Shown here one piece after another: positions 5,731-5,918 of a stretch of 5,918 bases of DNA. Position numbers and translations under genes: made by a program. Location of the stretch: positions 1 to 5,918 of the forward strand of contig JADGIF010000618.1 in NCBI GenBank assembly GCA_018985225.1. The letters run 5' to 3'. Source of the DNA: Amoeboradix gromovi X-113. Its lineage: Eukaryota; Fungi; Sanchytriomycota. Under the pieces are notes generated by a model. That model did no database searches. It was not told the DNA's origin and saw only the letters and a program-made list of their open reading frames with translations. The first letter of the stretch is position 1; each line of letters begins with the position of its first letter.

Positions 5731-5918
5731 TGAATAAGGATGCATATATTTGATGTATACGTTCCTTGCTGCCATATGTTCTCTATTTCCAAATGACAGT
5801 TGGTGCAACTGTAGGTTTCTAAGCTGGTTTTCTTTAGAGTGCCACACCTTGTACATGTCTGACTAGTAAATGATTCATTACATTCAACCATCGTCTTTCC
5901 TCTTTGTTTACACTTGAA
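5623..5918 (-). pseudogene. Fanzor (probably Fanzor2/IS607-TnpB-like) C-terminal fragment, frameshifted, running off the window
   Basis: FKCKQRGKTMVECNESFTSQTCTRCGTLKKTSLETYSCTNCHLEI, a frameshift near 5780-5786, then REHMAARNVYIKYMHP..QDF*. It has the E-x-x-T-S motif (the relocated RuvC-II glutamate described for Fanzors), a CxxC..CxxC zinc finger and a RuvC-III R-D/E-x-x-A-A-R-N motif. This joins track ORFs 5703..5891 and 5623..5856. Confidence 0.88.

Noticed and set aside
5503-5733. Plus-strand 76-aa ORF
   Set aside because: Antisense to the Fanzor tail and omegaRNA, and it crosses an element junction.
1-5918. CRISPR array, or one composite transposon with terminal inverted repeats
   Set aside because: There are no short regularly spaced direct repeats. 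The inverted copies are both right ends facing inward and the elements extend outward, the opposite of TIR geometry.

Overview
AT-rich, very compact eukaryotic DNA read with the standard genetic code; the kinesin looks early-diverging-fungus-like, but the host cannot be named from this sequence. The core holds a kinesin-4 family motor gene (minus strand, 875 aa). It only reads through if a 19-nt GT-AG intron at 2840-2858 is removed. An SDHAF4/Sdh8 gene missed by the ORF track lies 33 nt upstream of it, and there are one or two hypothetical ORFs. Both flanks (about 1-1320 and 4983-5918) appear to be built from 3' ends of Fanzor/TnpB-type RNA-guided nuclease elements. The right edge has a frameshifted Fanzor C-terminus whose tail overlaps a structured omegaRNA-like right end. 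Two more homologous copies of that right end occur at 1-97 (+) and from 4983 (-), with structure-preserving substitutions. Several more eroded units with the same motif order (T/S-K-x-C, then N-A-x-x-N, then hairpins) are stacked head to tail. The predicted guide of one omegaRNA therefore falls on the nuclease coding sequence of the next Fanzor relic. All alignments and folds were done by eye.
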